Below, one piece after another: positions 60,703 to 64,000 of a DNA stretch of 64,000 nt; the stretch's first letter is position 1, and each line of letters begins with the position of its first letter. The notes beneath the pieces are model-generated. The model ran no database searches. It worked only from the letters and a program-made list of their open reading frames with translations, and had not been told where the DNA came from. The DNA lies in contig NW_020846595.1 in NCBI RefSeq assembly GCF_003704095.1, forward strand, positions 186,001-250,000, written 5' to 3'. A program made the translations under genes and the position numbers. This stretch comes from Pocillopora damicornis (lineage: Eukaryota).

Positions 60703-63685
60703 ATGGGTCGCATGAGGCAGAGGCATAACTGGAAGGCAAGGTTGCAGCCAGAGGCTTCGAAAAAGGACACGAATTCAGCGCTTACTGATGACCAGAAAGG
60801 TGTTTTGGAAAAGACTACGGTAGATGACGACTACAAATTTTCCCATGACGATTCCAACATTCTCGTCGCCCCGAGTAAGAAAGGCAAAGTTAAGGTAGCC
60901 ATTAAGAACCCAATTGATAAGCGAAAGAAGCTAACAAAGAAACAACGAAAAAGACTGGAAAAAATTGTCGAGACGAAGAAAAAGAAAGCTAAGCGAGCAG
61001 AGTTACTTAAAGCGCTCTCCGAGTATGCTGTCAGTGATAAAGAGTTGTCTCAAATGAGTTCTACGACTGATCTAGGCCAGTCTAACACAACAAAGAAAAG
61101 AACGATTTCGGAAGTTGAAGAAAGTGCAGCCAGAAAAGTAGTCATCTCAAGTGTTCGCTGTGGTCGTAAAAAAGGCAAAAGACTGCGATTAGAGAGAAAA
61201 GCCCTCGATCCTGCTTCTGCTAAGATTGCAAAGACGATAGAGGAAGAAATAGAATCTGGAGAATCATCAGAAAGCGAAGAAGAGGATGGAGGTAACCCCG
61301 ATTCGTTGCAGGAGGAGAATCTACTCGCGGAAAGTTTACCTTTGAATGAACAGACTACAGACATAGAGGAAAAAGATGAAAACAAAAGTGATCGTTCAAA
61401 ATCTAAAGAGGATGCAGGGGAAAATTCTGCAGAATCAACAGTTAAAACGATCTCAGAGAAAGTGGAGACCGTAAAAAAGGAATCGAAGCCGGCAATTTTC
61501 ATGGAAGTAAAGAGGAACTCAGAAATTCAGACTGCAAGGCTTCAGCTTCCGATCCTCGCCGAAGAGCAAGCTGTTATGGAAGCGATCCACGATAATGACG
61601 TAGTTATCCTTTGTGGTGAAACCGGAAGTGGAAAGACCACTCAAGTACCTCAGTTTTTATACGAAGGTGGATACACTACACGAGGACTGATTGGCGTGAC
61701 AGAACCACGCCGGGTAGCTGCCGTGACAATGTCACGTAGGGTAGCACTAGAGCTGAATATGAGTACCGAGCTGGTGTCTTACCAGATTCGTTATGAAGGT
61801 GACGTGACAGAAAATACCATCATGAAATTTATGACAGATGGTGTGCTACTCAAGGAAATTGAAAATGACTTTTTCTTGTCAAAATACTCGGTCGTTGTGA
61901 TCGACGAAGCCCATGAGCGAAGTGTATTCACTGATATTTTAATGGGACTGCTTTCAAGAATAGTTCCAATGCGTAAAACTCAAGGTAAACAGCTCAAACT
62001 TATCATCATGTCCGCCACACTTCGTGTGGAAGATTTTACAAGTAATACGCGTCTTTTCTCCATCCCACCCCCGGTTGTGACCGTGGAGTCCAGACAGTTT
62101 CCTGTAACTGTACACTTTAATAAGAGGACGCCAGATGACTACCTAAATGAGGCATTCCGTAAAGTTTGCAAAATCCACCGCACCCTACCCCCGGGAGGGA
62201 TATTGGTGTTTGTGACAGGTCAGGCCGAAGTGCACGGTTTATGTAGAAAGCTGAAGAGAACATTTCCTTGCAACCTGCGCAAGGAAAATTCGAAACAAAA
62301 GGTAGATGCAAGCGATGAAAACTCAGGTGATGATGAAGATCACTTCGATCTTGATAGTTATTCCGTAAACCCGGCTGTGGAAGATAGAGACGCTGAAGAC
62401 GAAGATCTTGGTGAATACAACCTCAACGACAACGACAGCGATAGTGAGTTTAATCTCGACGACGGCGCGTTTACGCCGTCGATCGATAAAAATTTACCCA
62501 TGTTTGTTCTGCCGTTGTATTCGCTTCTCTCGAGCCAACAACAAGCTAAGGTATTTCAGCCACCCCCCGACGGGACTCGGTTGTGCGTCGTAGCGACCAA
62601 TGTAGCAGAAACGTCGTTGACAATTCCCAACATCAAGTACGTAGTGGACACGGGCATGGTAAAGAGGCGTTATTACGATAAAATCACTGGAGTGTCTTCT
62701 TTTAAAATCACGTGGACATCCAGGGCCTCAGCCAATCAAAGAGCAGGTAGAGCTGGCAGAGTGGAGCCTGGACACTGCTATCGTTTATATTCTTCGGCCG
62801 TGTTTACCAACGACTTTGAAGAGTTCTCAGCACCTGAAATATCACGTCGTCCAGTGGAAGACCTTGTGTTGCAGATGAAGGACTTGAACATTGACAAAGT
62901 AGTAAACTTCCCCTTTCCTACTCCGCCTGACCTAACAGCGTTGCAAAGCGCAGAGAGGTTGCTGTTAAATCTAGGCGCGCTGGAGGAGAAGAAGACGATG
63001 AAGGGAAATGTGAATGCAGTGATTACTCCTCTTGGACGCGCCATGGCTAAGTTTCCTGTGTCTCCGAGATACGCAAAGATGCTCTGCCTGGGGCATCAGG
63101 AAAATTGCATGGAATACGTCATCGCTATTGTATCCGCTCTCACGGTGAAAGAAATCTTTGCAGATGACAATGACAGAGAAACGAGCCAGGTAACAAAGGA
63201 AGATCTGCGAAAGATATCTCGCTTGCGGCGGACTTGGGCAGGTCAAGGTGACTCCCAGAAGCTCGGAGACGCGATGGTTCTTCTTAGAGCTGTTGGGGCT
63301 TGTGAATATGCCGGCTGCACAGAAAAGTTCTGCTCTGAGAATGGACTTCGTCACAAAGGAATGATCGAGATCAGAAAGCTCCGTGCCCAGCTTACAAACT
63401 CGGTAAATCTTGTCAATGCTGATGCAAAAGTGATGCTTAACCCTCGGATGAGCCCGCCATCACCCGCCCAGTGCGTTGCCCTTCGGCAGATATGCCTATC
63501 GGGCCTTTGCGGCCATGTAGCCCGCAAGAACCCCACAGGAAATGACCCCCAACGAAAGAATGCTTACAGCTGCATGTCCCTGGGTGAGCCTGTCTTCATT
63601 CACCCATCCTCTGCGCTCTTTGAAGTGTTACCAGAATACGTGATTTATCAAGAAATCGTCGAGACCTCAAAACTTTTTATGAAAG
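60703..63685 (+). CDS. DHX37: DEAH-box RNA helicase DHX37/Dhr1 (kurz), first coding exon; gene continues beyond the window
   Basis: N-terminal [13 protein letters not shown], then [61 protein letters not shown], an HA2 region and FIHPSS. The ORF ends at a GTTAG donor (63686) before the C-terminus is complete. Confidence 0.95.
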
Positions 63686-64000
63686 GTTAGTCTGTAATGG
63701 TTTGAAAGTGTTGTCAAAACGAAACTACAAGGAAGGAAAACTTATTCATGACAGTGAAACTAAGAACAGGCCTTATTTTACTAAGATATCTGTCGCGCAG
63801 GTCAGTAGGCCAAACGTATCCCACCTCCGCGTCTCAGTGCGGCGGGAAATTCTTTGCGCCGATTTCTTTGAGCTCGCGGGCCCGATTAGCCCCCTCTCCC
63901 CCCAAGAACTTTTTACCCTCTGGATTGAATGCAGGCATTAAAAAAGCATTGTTAAAGTAACTACATGACATGTCCATTGCATAATGCTGCAAGCCAAGGT

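Overview
This is AT-rich eukaryotic genomic DNA with GT-AG introns and one 100-N scaffold gap at 23478-23577. Gene content points to an anthozoan cnidarian, probably a stony coral (inference). The first ~45 kb is a run of small, spliced, secreted-protein genes that the ORF track shows only in fragments. It holds three VWC-domain genes (one with a WSC-like domain; two convergent ones share an RPPPxxPPGFP tail). It also holds three complete minicollagen-type genes with a cysteine-rich domain (CRD) and polyproline but no Gly-X-Y collagen helix; two of these carry His/beta-branched blocks. A fourth gene with similar 5' structure runs into the gap. The run ends with a micro-exon Pro/Cys/Ser-Gly-rich secreted gene and a large acidic Ser-Gly-rich protein with pentapeptide repeats and a divergent SUEL lectin domain. 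A transposon-rich island at 15-19.6 kb contains a canonical tRNA-Gly(GCC) and an atypical tRNA-Gly(TCC)-like gene. The right end has EFTUD2/Snu114 (~34 exons, minus strand) head-to-head with DHX37, whose first ~995 codons are uninterrupted. The best candidate for a new system is a putative cnidocyte (nematocyst) material gene cluster: collagen-less CRD-polyproline proteins with His metal-binding strands, next to a candidate chondroitin-proteoglycan/lectin. All splice models were built by hand and need transcript confirmation.
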